From assembly GCA_963793245.1 (NCBI GenBank), contig CAWBZG010000002.1:716973-780972 (forward strand): DNA of 64,000 nucleotides, in the 5' to 3' direction. Below are positions 30,604 through 39,969 of this stretch, piece after piece. The translations under genes and the position numbers were made by a program. The DNA is from Rhodothermales bacterium. GTDB taxonomy: Bacteria > Bacteroidota > Rhodothermia > Rhodothermales > BA12. Numbering within the stretch: position 1 is the first letter of the stretch; each line of letters starts with the position of its first letter. Under the pieces are notes generated by a model. It ran no database searches and was not told the DNA's origin. It saw only the letters and a program-made list of their open reading frames with translations.

Positions 30604-31671
30604 TCAGCGAACAGGCGTGCAGCCCTCGATTCGGAGCCGCTCCACGTGCTCGGTCGCGCCCAGAACGATCAGCACGTCGCCTGCTTGCAGTTCGTAATCG
30701 GCGGGCGGATTGTATGCCGTTTGGCCATTGCGCACGACGGCAACGACGATGGTGTCGTACGTGCGCCGGACGCCGCTTTTGGCAAGCGTCAATCCCTCCA
30801 ACAGGGCGCCGGACGCGACGGTGACTTCGTCCATCTCCAATCCGCCGGCGCTGTCCTGGAGCGAGGCGTAGAACCGGTCGACGTTGGGGCGGAGGATGGC
30901 GCGGATCATGTGCTCGGCGCCGACCTCATCGGGTGCGATGACCTGATCCGCTCCGGCGTGGACGAGTTTGCGGCGGTTCTTGACCTGGTTGACGCGCGAC
31001 AGGACGAACGCATCGGGGCGAATCTCGCGGACGACGAGTGTCACAAACACGTTGAGCGCGTCTTCGGGTAGCGCGAGGATGACGCCGCGCGCACGTTCGA
31101 TTCCGGCTTCGCGTAATACGTCCTCTTCTTCGGCCTCTCCTGCGACATAGGGGATCGCCCACTCGTCGAGCGAAGCCAGAACGTCAGCGTCGCGGTCGAT
31201 GACGACGAAGGTGCGTCCGGCGCGGCGTAGGTCGTCGGCCATGCGCTGGCCCAGTCTGCCGTAGCCGCACAGGATGTAGTGATCGGTCATGCGTTCGAGT
31301 TGTTTGCGGATGCGGCGTTGTTCGAGCGGAAGGCTGGTCACGACAACACGCGCAGCGCGTGCCGCGATAAAGGCGACCAGTCCGATCCCGAACACGCTGA
31401 TGGCGACGGTGAAAAAGCGCCCGGCTGTCGACAGATCGCCCACTTCGGCGAATCCGATCGTCGTGAACGTGATGAACGTCATGTAGAACCCGTCCATCCA
31501 CGACCACCCTTCGATGTAGTGGTAACCCGTCGTGCCCAGGCCCAGGAGCACGAGCAGCAGCACGTGGGCGAAGACAATCTCGCGTTTTGCCGAATCTGCG
31601 CGCAGACGGTTGAGCAGTCCGGGGCGAGACCTCACGCGTTCGAGGTGCTGGTCAGCAGGCGCGCGTGCCAC
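30604..31671 (-). CDS. potassium-channel-family protein with RCK (TrkA-N/TrkA-C) domains
   Basis: 355 aa. It has two TM helices flanking the pore sequence TFTTIGFAEVGD, then the Rossmann motif HYILCGYGRLGQRMADDL and a TrkA-C-like end. Confidence 0.85.
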   Translation of the reverse strand: MARAPADQHLERVRSRPGLLNRLRADSAKREIVFAHVLLLVLLGLGTTGYHYIEGWSWMDGFYMTFITFTTIGFAEVGDLSTAGRFFTVAISVFGIGLVAFIAARAARVVVTSLPLEQRRIRKQLERMTDHYILCGYGRLGQRMADDLRRAGRTFVVIDRDADVLASLDEWAIPYVAGEAEEEDVLREAGIERARGVILALPEDALNVFVTLVVREIRPDAFVLSRVNQVKNRRKLVHAGADQVIAPDEVGAEHMIRAILRPNVDRFYASLQDSAGGLEMDEVTVASGALLEGLTLAKSGVRRTYDTIVVAVVRNGQTAYNPPADYELQAGDVLIVLGATEHVERLRIEGCTPVR

Positions 31672-32141
31672 GACTCGCCCGCCGGACGTTCCAGCCGTCC
31701 CTCGCGCAGATCGCCGACGGTTGTCGCGGTGAGATCGAAGACGGTTGTGCGCGCATCCACATCGCCGTCGCGCGACCTGTGCTTGAACGCGGCGCGAGGC
31801 AGTACGTCGACCATTCCATCATCCATGCGGTACACGACGTCGAGCGCCTGGGCCAGTTCGAGATGCAGGCCTGTCGCGGCGTCTTCGACGGCGTGGACCG
31901 ATGCGTCGATGCCGCAGCCGCTGACCTGGTCGGCGTTGGGGACGTAGCCTGCCAACAGCACCAACCGCGCGTCTCGAACGTCTGAAGCGGCGTGAACGGC
32001 GCGTCCGTGCGAGGTCCAGCCGTCGGTGAAGTCGGAGAGTGCGCGGGCGAGTGCCTGGGCAGCGTCCGGGGCGAGCGGCTCGCGCGTGGCGTAGACCCAC
32101 AGGCGTGCGTGATCGGGAAGAGAGGCGAAGTCAGTCGTCAT
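31632..32141 (-). CDS. conserved hypothetical protein
   Basis: 169 aa (MTTDFASLPDHARLWVYATREPL...SGCGIDASVH...). It overlaps the channel gene start by 40 nt and the xseB stop by 11 nt. No family assigned with confidence. Confidence 0.55.
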   Translation of the reverse strand: MTTDFASLPDHARLWVYATREPLAPDAAQALARALSDFTDGWTSHGRAVHAASDVRDARLVLLAGYVPNADQVSGCGIDASVHAVEDAATGLHLELAQALDVVYRMDDGMVDVLPRAAFKHRSRDGDVDARTTVFDLTATTVGDLREGRLERPAGESWHARLLTSTSNA

Positions 32142-32340
32142 CTGCGAGAGCGAGGTGGGTCACGCGGGCTTGAGCGGCGTCGAGGCGGGCGAGGCAGTGG
32201 CGGGCCAACGCCATACCCTGCTCGTACGTCTCGACGGCGGTTTCGAGTGGAAGATCGGGCGCGTCGAGTTGAGCGGTGAGCGCGTCGAGGCGGTCCAGGG
32301 CGTGGGCGAACGGCAGAGCGTCCAGTTCGGAATCGGTCAT
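32131..32340 (-). CDS. xseB: exodeoxyribonuclease VII small subunit
   Basis: ATG at 32340 gives MTDSELDALPFAHALDRLDALTAQLDAPDLPLETAVETYEQGMALARHCLARLDAAQARV, a typical XseB helical hairpin. Confidence 0.8.
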   Translation of the reverse strand: MTDSELDALPFAHALDRLDALTAQLDAPDLPLETAVETYEQGMALARHCLARLDAAQARVTHLALADDD

Positions 32341-32507
32341 CCATAGCAGACGCGTGTCAGGCCAGTCGAGTTCGCATCTCACTCGTTTGCTCGGCTCCTT
32401 CCAGTATCTTTCGTGCGTCTCAGTCTGGGAGCCGATGCAGGTTGGTCCAGTTGTTGCGTTCCCCAGGTCGTTCCCCGTCCGACCTTCTCGTCCATCGCGC
32501 TCCCCCC

Positions 32508-34394
32508 ATGCGATTCTCTCTCTTTCTCGTCCTCCTCGCCGGATTGATTCTGCCCGGCTGCGGGCTTCTCGGTCCCGCCGACGACACGCGCGCTCCCCTC
32601 ATCGAACTGACGCGTCCCGGCGACGGCTCGGTCGTCGGCGGTGACGTGCTGCTGCGGTTCACCGGCGAGGCGCGCGGCGAAGACAACTTCATCTCGTTCA
32701 TCACCGTCTCGGTCGATGGAGAGCGCGTCGGCGAGGCCGATCTCATCACGCCGGGTGTCAACCCTGTTTTTGCGTATCGTCTCAGTTCGGCGCAGTTCTC
32801 GGACGGCAAACACCGCATTCAGGCGACGGCGTTCGACAGAAACGAAAACCGCGGTCTGAGCAACACGGCGACGGTCACCTTCCTCAACGGCGTCGTCGAC
32901 GGCGTTTCGACGGCTACCGGCCCGCTCGCCGCTATCACCTCGCCGCGCGATGGCGAAGAGGTCACCGGCACGACGCAGATCATCGTACAGGCCGATCCCA
33001 ACCAGTCAGCCATCACGCGCGTCGATTTTCTCGTAGACGGCGTCTCGCTCCAAACAGCGACCAGTTTCCCCTTTACCTATAGCTGGGATACGTCGGTCGA
33101 ACCCGTCGGGCCGCACATTTTGCAAGCCCGAGTCTACTCGGCGCCGGATCGCTTCCGTCTGACCAACCCGGTAACGGTTCAGGTCAACGCGCCGGAGGGC
33201 GAGGGCGAAGGCGGCGCAACGGGTTGCCAGATCGAAGGCTGCGTCCGACTGCGGGCGACGGGCTTTCGCGGGCAAGTGCTGGGCAGTGCTGCCGTTGGCT
33301 TCAACAACGATCTGTACGTCGGCACCGACGCCGACACGCTCTACGCGTTCTCGCCGTCGGGCGCACTGCGCTGGAAGCGCGGCGTTCAAGGGCGCATTAC
33401 CTCATCGCCGGTCGTGAGCAACACCGAGGACGTGTTCGTGACCAGTTCGGATGGACGGCTCTACGCGTTCACGTCGACGGGAGCGCAGTTGTGGGCGCCC
33501 ATCGTCTCGCCCTTCACGTTCAGCGGTGGCCCGGCGCTGGGCATCGACGGCACGCTCTACTTCGGCGACGATTCGGGGCAGCTATGGGCCGTCAACTCGT
33601 TCAACGGACGCGTCCGCGATGGCTTCCCCGTCGCCGTCAATACCTCGACTAGCGGAACGGCCTTCGTTGGGCCGCCGGTGATCGCCAGAGATGGGACGAT
33701 CTTTATCGCCTCGAACGGCGGTTCGGTCTTCGCGCTCAACCCCAATGGCACGATTAAGTGGTCGCAGAGGGCATTTTCCTCCAACTTCAGCCGCTCGCTC
33801 TCTCTCGTCGAACGGGAGGTGACCGAGCAACTTATCACCGGCCCGGTCACGCGCATCGTGACGACGGTCTATGGCGTTTTCCTCGCAGGCACGCAGGTGT
33901 CGCTCTATGCCCTTTCGGGAACGGACGGCGCCATCCAGTGGAACGAGGCGATCGCGGATCCGACTTCGGGTCAAATCTCGACACCGATCGTCGACGCCGA
34001 CGGCTCGATCTACCTGGGCACGACGCGGGCACTGCTCGCCTTCAACGAGAACTTGGACGACAACTCGACCTCGACCTCGCGGCTGCGCTTCTCTTTCCCC
34101 GCTGCCAACGTGGGGACGCCCGCTGTCGACGCAGGAGGGACGATCCACTTCGTCAGTGGGCAGACGCTGCGGAGCGTTAATCCCAACGGCACGCCGAACA
34201 ATTCATACGACTTGACCTCGACGGCGCGCGGACCGCTCACCATTGGGCGCAACGGCGTCATCTACGTCGCTGCGGACAACGAACTGCTCTCCGGCATCTT
34301 CTCAGGAACGGCGGGTCTGTCCGCAGGCAAATGGCCGATGTTCCAGCGCAACGCCCGTCACACGGGACGAATTGGCGTCGATTCGGACGATTGA
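32508..34394 (+). CDS. lipoprotein with Ig-like domains and PQQ-like beta-propeller repeats
   Basis: ATG at 32508 gives MRFSLFLVLLAGLILPGCG (lipobox). Two Ig-like segments are followed by repeated TLYAFSPSGALRW / GRLYAFTSTGAQLW / GQLWAVNSFNG motifs. Confidence 0.75.
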   Translation: MRFSLFLVLLAGLILPGCGLLGPADDTRAPLIELTRPGDGSVVGGDVLLRFTGEARGEDNFISFITVSVDGERVGEADLITPGVNPVFAYRLSSAQFSDGKHRIQATAFDRNENRGLSNTATVTFLNGVVDGVSTATGPLAAITSPRDGEEVTGTTQIIVQADPNQSAITRVDFLVDGVSLQTATSFPFTYSWDTSVEPVGPHILQARVYSAPDRFRLTNPVTVQVNAPEGEGEGGATGCQIEGCVRLRATGFRGQVLGSAAVGFNNDLYVGTDADTLYAFSPSGALRWKRGVQGRITSSPVVSNTEDVFVTSSDGRLYAFTSTGAQLWAPIVSPFTFSGGPALGIDGTLYFGDDSGQLWAVNSFNGRVRDGFPVAVNTSTSGTAFVGPPVIARDGTIFIASNGGSVFALNPNGTIKWSQRAFSSNFSRSLSLVEREVTEQLITGPVTRIVTTVYGVFLAGTQVSLYALSGTDGAIQWNEAIADPTSGQISTPIVDADGSIYLGTTRALLAFNENLDDNSTSTSRLRFSFPAANVGTPAVDAGGTIHFVSGQTLRSVNPNGTPNNSYDLTSTARGPLTIGRNGVIYVAADNELLSGIFSGTAGLSAGKWPMFQRNARHTGRIGVDSDD

Positions 34395-34416
34395 CGCCCG
34401 GTCAGGGAACGACCGA

Positions 34417-34453
34417 AAAAGCCCGACTCGCCTGTGAGGTGAGTCGGGCTTTT
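34417..34453. terminator. bidirectional rho-independent-type terminator
   Basis: A perfect 13-bp stem: AAAAGCCCGACTC (34417-34429) pairs with GAGTCGGGCTTTT (34441-34453). It is flanked by an A-run and a T-rich tail and lies between convergent genes. Confidence 0.75.
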
Positions 34454-34475
34454 CTGTTTGGATGCCAGAGCCTGA

Positions 34476-35585
34476 TTACGCGGCTTCTACCTCTTCGAGC
34501 GTCGGATAGTCGGTGTAGCCCTTTTCGTCGCCTCCGTAGAACGTGCTGGGATCAGCTTCGTTGAGCGGCGCGTCGGTGCGGAAGCGCTCGGCCAGGTCCG
34601 GGTTGGCGACATAGGGGACGCCGAACGCGACGGCATCGCCCAGGCCGCTCTTAATGGCTTCGTTTGCGCTAGCCTTGTCGTAGCCGCCATTGAGAATCAG
34701 GTTGCCGTCGTAGTGGCTGCGTACCAGATCGGCCATGCGGCCTTCGGTCGATCCGTCCATCATGCCACCGCCGATGGGGTCGATCAGGTGGAGGTAGGCG
34801 AGGTGGCGCGCGTTCAGATGCTCGGTGACGTAGGCAGCCGTTTCGCTCCGCTTGTCGTTGCGTGCTCCGTTGAAGACGGCACGAGGGGAGAGCCGGATGC
34901 CGACGCGATCCGACGACCATGCGCCAACGACAGCGTCGGTGACTTCGAACAAGAAGCGCGCTCGGTTCTCAATCGCCCCGCCGTATGCGTCGTTGCGCGT
35001 GTTGCTGCCCGAGAACAGGAATTGCTCGATCAGGTAGCCGTTGGCGGCGTGTACTTCGACGCCATCGAAGCCTGCTTCGCGAGCGCGACGCGTGCCGTTG
35101 ACGAACGCATCGACGATGCCTGCGATCTCTTCGGTTTTGAGCGCTCGGGGCGTAGGAGCGGGCTGCATTCCGTCGGGCGTATACACCTGCGTGTCGGGCG
35201 GAGCAATCGCCGACGGAGCGACTGGAAGCGCGCCGCCGTGGAAGTAGGGATGCGAGACGCGCCCGACGTGCCAGAGTTGGAGTACGATCTTGCCGCCCGC
35301 CTGATGGACGGCGTCGGTGACGAGTTTCCAGCCTTCGACCTGTGCATCGGTGTGAATGCCCGGCGTGTCGATGTAGCCGACCCCTTGAGGCGTTACCTGA
35401 GAGGCTTCGGTAACGATGAGTCCGGCACCTGCGCGCTGCCGATAATACTCGGCGTTGAGCGCGTGCGGAACGTTGCCTTCTCCGGCGCGGCTACGCGTCA
35501 TCGGCGCCATGACGACGCGGTTGGGCAGTTCGAGCGCGCCGAAGGTGACGGGAGAAAAGAGATCGGACATAGTTGAAAAAGTCAA
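34476..35585 (-). CDS. NADH:flavin oxidoreductase, Old Yellow Enzyme family (N-ethylmaleimide-reductase-like)
   Basis: 369 aa with LPNRVVMAPMTRSRA, GLIVTEA, QLWHVGR and GFDGVEVHAANGYLIEQF. Confidence 0.9.
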   Translation of the reverse strand: MTFSTMSDLFSPVTFGALELPNRVVMAPMTRSRAGEGNVPHALNAEYYRQRAGAGLIVTEASQVTPQGVGYIDTPGIHTDAQVEGWKLVTDAVHQAGGKIVLQLWHVGRVSHPYFHGGALPVAPSAIAPPDTQVYTPDGMQPAPTPRALKTEEIAGIVDAFVNGTRRAREAGFDGVEVHAANGYLIEQFLFSGSNTRNDAYGGAIENRARFLFEVTDAVVGAWSSDRVGIRLSPRAVFNGARNDKRSETAAYVTEHLNARHLAYLHLIDPIGGGMMDGSTEGRMADLVRSHYDGNLILNGGYDKASANEAIKSGLGDAVAFGVPYVANPDLAERFRTDAPLNEADPSTFYGGDEKGYTDYPTLEEVEAA

Positions 35586-35672
35586 ATGGGAGTGAGCAGG
35601 TTGAAATCCATATTCTGGAACGATGATTCCGGTTGACTATCCGTTTCTTGTCACTCCCTCACCCCACCTGCC

Positions 35673-36155
35673 ATGTCCTTCGATACCGCCTCCGACCTCC
35701 GCGAACTGTTCGCGCTCTACGCCGCCGCTGATCTCGCGTCCGAGTCTCCAGGGTTTCTGGATCGCCCCGCTGAGGGCAAGTGGTCACCCGGAGAGCACCT
35801 GCATCACGTCGAGATGGTCAACCGAGGCGCGTTGGGCGCGCTGCGGTTTATCGAGACCGGACGCGGAAGCAGTGATCCGGTCAGCCCGGACGCCATCGCG
35901 TTCTTGCAAGCGAGCGTGTTTCCCGTCCGTAAGGCGCCTTCTAGCGTGCAGCCTCCCGCCGACCTGACGGTCGAAGCCGGTGCCAAACTGCGCCGCACCA
36001 ATCAGGCGCGCTGGGCCGAGGTCGACACCAATGCTATTGGCACGCAGACCGACACGATTCCGCATCCGTTTCTAGGTCCGCTAAGCGCAGGTGAGTGGGT
36101 CCGCTTCGCCCTCGTCCACGCGCGGCATCACCACGGGCTGGCTGGCATCGGGTAA
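35673..36155 (+). CDS. DinB-superfamily protein
   Basis: 160 aa with a four-helix-bundle-type His pattern (GEHLHHVEMVNRG ... ALVHARHHHGL). Confidence 0.65.
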   Translation: MSFDTASDLRELFALYAAADLASESPGFLDRPAEGKWSPGEHLHHVEMVNRGALGALRFIETGRGSSDPVSPDAIAFLQASVFPVRKAPSSVQPPADLTVEAGAKLRRTNQARWAEVDTNAIGTQTDTIPHPFLGPLSAGEWVRFALVHARHHHGLAGIG

Positions 36156-36156
36156 C

Positions 36157-36822
36157 TCAGGCGACGTCTTGGACGACGGCGAGCAGTTCGGCCAGCATCA
36201 TCGCTGTCGCGCCCCACACGTCGCCGTCGGCGAGGCGATAGAGCGGAACCCCGCCGGAGCGGGGCAGGCTGTCGGACGGCTCGCCTGGGACGGTCCAGTT
36301 TCCGGTCGCGCGCGTTTGGGGGTCAAGCAGGGCGGCAAGCGGCACGTGCAAGACACGGGCGACTTCGCTGGGCTGGAGCATCAGCGGCGGCAGTTTGGCT
36401 ACGGCTCCCACGAATGGGTACGCGCAGAAGCGCGTAGGCGGAATGTAGATCGGTGTCAGCGCACCCAAGACCGTGATCGCATCAGGAGCGATGCCGACTT
36501 CCTCGTGCGTCTCGCGCAGCGCGGTGTGCTCGAAGGTCTCTCCGTCTTCGCGTCGTCCTCCGGGAAAGGCGATCTGCCCAGCGTGATCGCGCAACGCGTC
36601 GGGCCGGGCGGTCAGCAGGAGGTGGGCTTCTCCACTCTCGCCGGGATAGAGGAGTGCGAGGACTGCGGCTTCGCGGCACTTCTTCTGGTCGACCGACAGC
36701 AGGAAACGGTCGAGTCGGTGCGACGGCGCCATCGTCAGGTGCGCCTCATGTCCGGGTAAGTCGCCCCGATTCAAGCGCTCAGGCAGACGCTGTACGAGAC
36801 GTTCGAAGTCGACCCCGGGCAC
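36157..36822 (-). CDS. NUDIX hydrolase (CoA pyrophosphatase-like)
   Basis: Contains the Nudix box GQIAFPGGRREDGETFEHTALRETHEEVGI. Confidence 0.85.
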   Translation of the reverse strand: MPGVDFERLVQRLPERLNRGDLPGHEAHLTMAPSHRLDRFLLSVDQKKCREAAVLALLYPGESGEAHLLLTARPDALRDHAGQIAFPGGRREDGETFEHTALRETHEEVGIAPDAITVLGALTPIYIPPTRFCAYPFVGAVAKLPPLMLQPSEVARVLHVPLAALLDPQTRATGNWTVPGEPSDSLPRSGGVPLYRLADGDVWGATAMMLAELLAVVQDVA

Positions 36823-36824
36823 CT

Positions 36825-37628
36825 CTAGTTGGATGCCGTCGCGGGCAGTCCGTCGATCGCTCGCGTGTAGAGGTCTTCGGCTTCTCGGAGTCGGGGCGAC
36901 GTAGGGAAGATGTCGACGAAGCGCTCGTAGAGTTCGACGGCTTTGCGGTAGCGTTCAGCCTGACGGACGGACACGCTTTGATCGGCGTAGGTGACGTACA
37001 TCCGAATGGCACCGATCAAGGATTCGTCGGCGTAGTCGGCGTCGGGGAAGTCTTGGAAGGCGCGTTCGTAGGTGATGGCGGCGGCTTCGTAGAGTTCGCG
37101 GCGCTCGTACAGCGTGCCGCTCTCGTAGGCTTTGCGTGCCATCTTCGCCCGCAACTCGGAGATGGTTTGCTCGGCCTCGGCTCGTTTCTCGTGCTCGGGG
37201 AAGCGGTTGACGAACAGTTGCAGCGACGTGACGGCGGCCTGCGTCTGCGTCTGGTCCAACTGATACCCCGGCGACTGCTGCACGTACGCCTGAGCGCGCT
37301 CGAATTCCGCATCGGCGACACGTGGATCGCTGCGGTAGATCTCCGAAAAACGCGTGTACTCGGATGCGGCGAGGATGTACTGCTTGCTCTCGTTGTAGCT
37401 GCGTGCGAGGTACAGTTGGGCATCGTCGGCGTACTCTCCGGCACGTCCAAAGCTCAAGACGGCCTGGAAGTACTCGGCAGCGCGGGTATAGCGCTTGGCC
37501 TCAAAGTCGGCCATGCCTTTTTCGTAGGCTTCGGCTGGCGAGTCGTAGCGCAGTCGGCTCGACGAGCAGGCGGGGAGCAAGAGGACAATGAGTAGCCCGG
37601 CGAAGAGCGGGCGGTAGAATCGAATCAT
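36825..37628 (-). CDS. bamD: outer membrane protein assembly factor BamD (TPR lipoprotein)
   Basis: ATG at 37628 gives MIRFYRPLFAGLLIVLLLPACSS (lipobox). BamD-like TPR blocks are present (YEKGMADFEAKRYTRAAEYFQ, YLARSYN, FVNRFPEHEK). Confidence 0.85.
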   Translation of the reverse strand: MIRFYRPLFAGLLIVLLLPACSSSRLRYDSPAEAYEKGMADFEAKRYTRAAEYFQAVLSFGRAGEYADDAQLYLARSYNESKQYILAASEYTRFSEIYRSDPRVADAEFERAQAYVQQSPGYQLDQTQTQAAVTSLQLFVNRFPEHEKRAEAEQTISELRAKMARKAYESGTLYERRELYEAAAITYERAFQDFPDADYADESLIGAIRMYVTYADQSVSVRQAERYRKAVELYERFVDIFPTSPRLREAEDLYTRAIDGLPATASN

Positions 37629-37714
37629 GGATCGGAAAGAGTCACAGGCGGCCAAACGAGCGCGCGCCGCGAAATCGTGCGTGGTAAAAGTTGCGCCTGG
37701 TCAGAGCCGAGCGG

Positions 37715-39146
37715 TTACGGCGTGCAGACGGCGGGCGCCTGCCCGTTGGGATAGCGGCAGGTGAAGAGCGCCGAGTTGACGTTGTCGCCACGGAAGTCGA
37801 AGCGGACGCCCAATGCGTCACGCGGCGTTTCGCGCAAGAACGTGCCAACCGGACGGCCCGACGAGATCGCATCGATCAGGTAGAGGCCGAGGCTGTAGCC
37901 CGTCACGGCCAAACGCTGCTCGATGAACGGCGCGCGCGACAGGTCGGTGTCGTAGCGCTGGCGAAACGCCGACAGGAAGCGCTGCGCATCTCGGCTACTC
38001 TCGTCGAGAAAGAAGTCGTTGGTGTAGACGACGCCCAGTCGGGCCGATGCAGCCGTCGCGCGGTTGTGCCACTCGGAGTTGCCAATGACCGTCGGGACTT
38101 CGTTGAACTGGCTCAGCGCGCCGACTGCGGCAGCCACCTGTTGGCCGGCATCTCCGCCCGCGACGGGGAGGTAGAGCGCGTCCGAGTCGGCGAAGACCCC
38201 GGCTCCGTTCTGGGCGGCGGCATCGTCGTCCGGACCCAGATCGCCCCAGCTACGCGCCGAGGGAAGCACCTGATAGAAGGTGACCGTGCCGTCTTCGCGC
38301 ATCACTTCGTCGCTGAACGCTTCGGCCATCTCCTCGCTGACACCCGGCGCCGTCACGATGCCGAGGCGTCTGGCGCGGAGGTCGGCTGCGGGCGATGCGA
38401 GCGGCGGCGCGTCCGCGCATTTCGAGTGTCGGATTGGCCTGAAACACGTTGCGCCGACCGGCAGATACGTCCGAATCAGTCGCGAGTGGGGCGACGAGGG
38501 TTACGCCTCGGCTCTCGGCTTCCATAGCAGCGGCGCGGGCAGCATCCGAAAACAGCGGCCCGACGACGACGGCTGCACTCGCCAGATCCCTAACGGCCGA
38601 GCGTGCGGCGGCAGCTTCCGAACGCGTGTCGCGGAACGCCATCTCGACGAGGGGACCACGCGGCTGAGCGTTGTGCTCGTCGACGGCCATGCGGAGTCCG
38701 TTGAAAAAGGATTGGGTCAGCGGACCGGCATCGCCACGGAGTGGGAGGGCGATGCCCAACGTCGTGCGCTCGCGGCGTGCAGGCGTGGGGAGGGCACCGT
38801 CTCCGTTCAGCATCCGGCGCGCTTCACCGGCATAGCGGCTCGTGGGGTAGGAAGTGAGTAGGTCGCGAAGCAGAGCTTGTGCCTGCGCCGTCTGTCCCTC
38901 GCGCATCAGCGACCGAGCGCCCATGAGCGTCGCCGCCGTCGTCTTCTGGTTGAGCGGGTACTGCGTGTAGACGAGCCGGAAGCGTCGAGCGGCCATTCCG
39001 TAGTCGCCCGACTCGAATGCCTGGACCCCTTGTTCAAAGATCATCTCTGCCTCGGCGACGCGCGGAACGGTCGGCACCTGCGCCTGGGCGAGCGGAGCGA
39101 CGAGGAGCGTCAGCAGAGAGAGGGCGAGCAGCGAGCGCAGCGGCAT
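37715..39146 (-). pseudogene. secreted TPR + type-1 periplasmic-binding-fold (LivK/ANF-receptor-like) protein, one frame shift near 38390 as sequenced
   Basis: ATG at 39146 gives MPLRSLLALSLLTLLVAPLAQAQ. ...NVFQANPTLEMRGRAAA then continues in the +1 frame as ...AADLRARRLGIVTAPGVSEEMAEAF... (track ORFs 38250..39392 and 37715..38356). Confidence 0.7.
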
Positions 39147-39401
39147 AGCGGGTGGGAATGATGCGGCCCAAGATAGCCCGTTCGCAATCCGCGTCCGGTT
39201 ACGATTCAGCGCATTGCACGCTCCGATGCGGCATGCTGTGATGAGAACAGCCGCCGGTGAATCAGAGTGCACCTCGCGCCGTTGACTCAGCTTCTTGTTT
39301 TTCCTGCGGTGCGTCTCTCGTTGTTGACTCAAGCGACCGGAGAAGTCCGCTCGCCTCGCCGATCGGGTGGAGGCGTCGCCGCGTCTCGACACCTCGATTC
39401 T

Positions 39402-39905
39402 ATGTACCGCGTGTTCTCTATCGCTATCGTGCTTCTGTCGCTTTCAGGGATGGGTGTGGTGAATCTGTACGCGCAGACGGATTCTGAGTCTGAGAACGTA
39501 GGCGTCGGCGGGTGGGCGACGCTCGGTGTTGGTTCGGGTCCGAACGACACCTTCGGACTGATCGCCAGCACGACATTGGGGCGTACGTGGGTCGTGCAGG
39601 GCGGTATCACGTCGGCGAGTGGCTTCTTTGGGGGCGACCAAATGAGTTCGCTCTACCTGGGCGGCGGACGCTCGTCTTCGGATCGAGCGCACCACGCCAC
39701 GCTCGCCGTCGCGCCTGCCCTCGTCTACGGGAAGCGGAGCGGAGACGATATGGGAGAGCTTACCGGAGGGCTGATCGTCACGGCGCAAGCTGCCATGGTG
39801 CCTTTGCCTCCATTCGGCATCGGCGTGTCTGCAACGGCTCACCTCAACTCGTTCGAGAGCGGAGTCGGACTAGGCGTCATTCTCGCGCTGATCGACACGA
39901 AGTAA
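39402..39905 (+). CDS. small Gly-rich secreted/outer-membrane protein
   Basis: ATG at 39402 gives MYRVFSIAIVLLSLSGMGVVNLYAQ. The body is Gly/Ser/Ala-rich and beta-like. Confidence 0.5.
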   Translation: MYRVFSIAIVLLSLSGMGVVNLYAQTDSESENVGVGGWATLGVGSGPNDTFGLIASTTLGRTWVVQGGITSASGFFGGDQMSSLYLGGGRSSSDRAHHATLAVAPALVYGKRSGDDMGELTGGLIVTAQAAMVPLPPFGIGVSATAHLNSFESGVGLGVILALIDTK

Positions 39906-39969
39906 GGCGCCTGAGCGGAATCCGGGCGCGCTTCGAGCCGTTGGCTCTGGCCCCTGTTTCCCCGCCGAC

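Noticed and set aside
39282-39331. GTTGACTCA direct repeat (39281-39289 and 39323-39331) upstream of the 39402 gene as a regulator binding site
   Set aside because: A 9-mer recurring within about 50 bp is expected by chance several times in a window this size. There is no supporting palindrome or conservation evidence.
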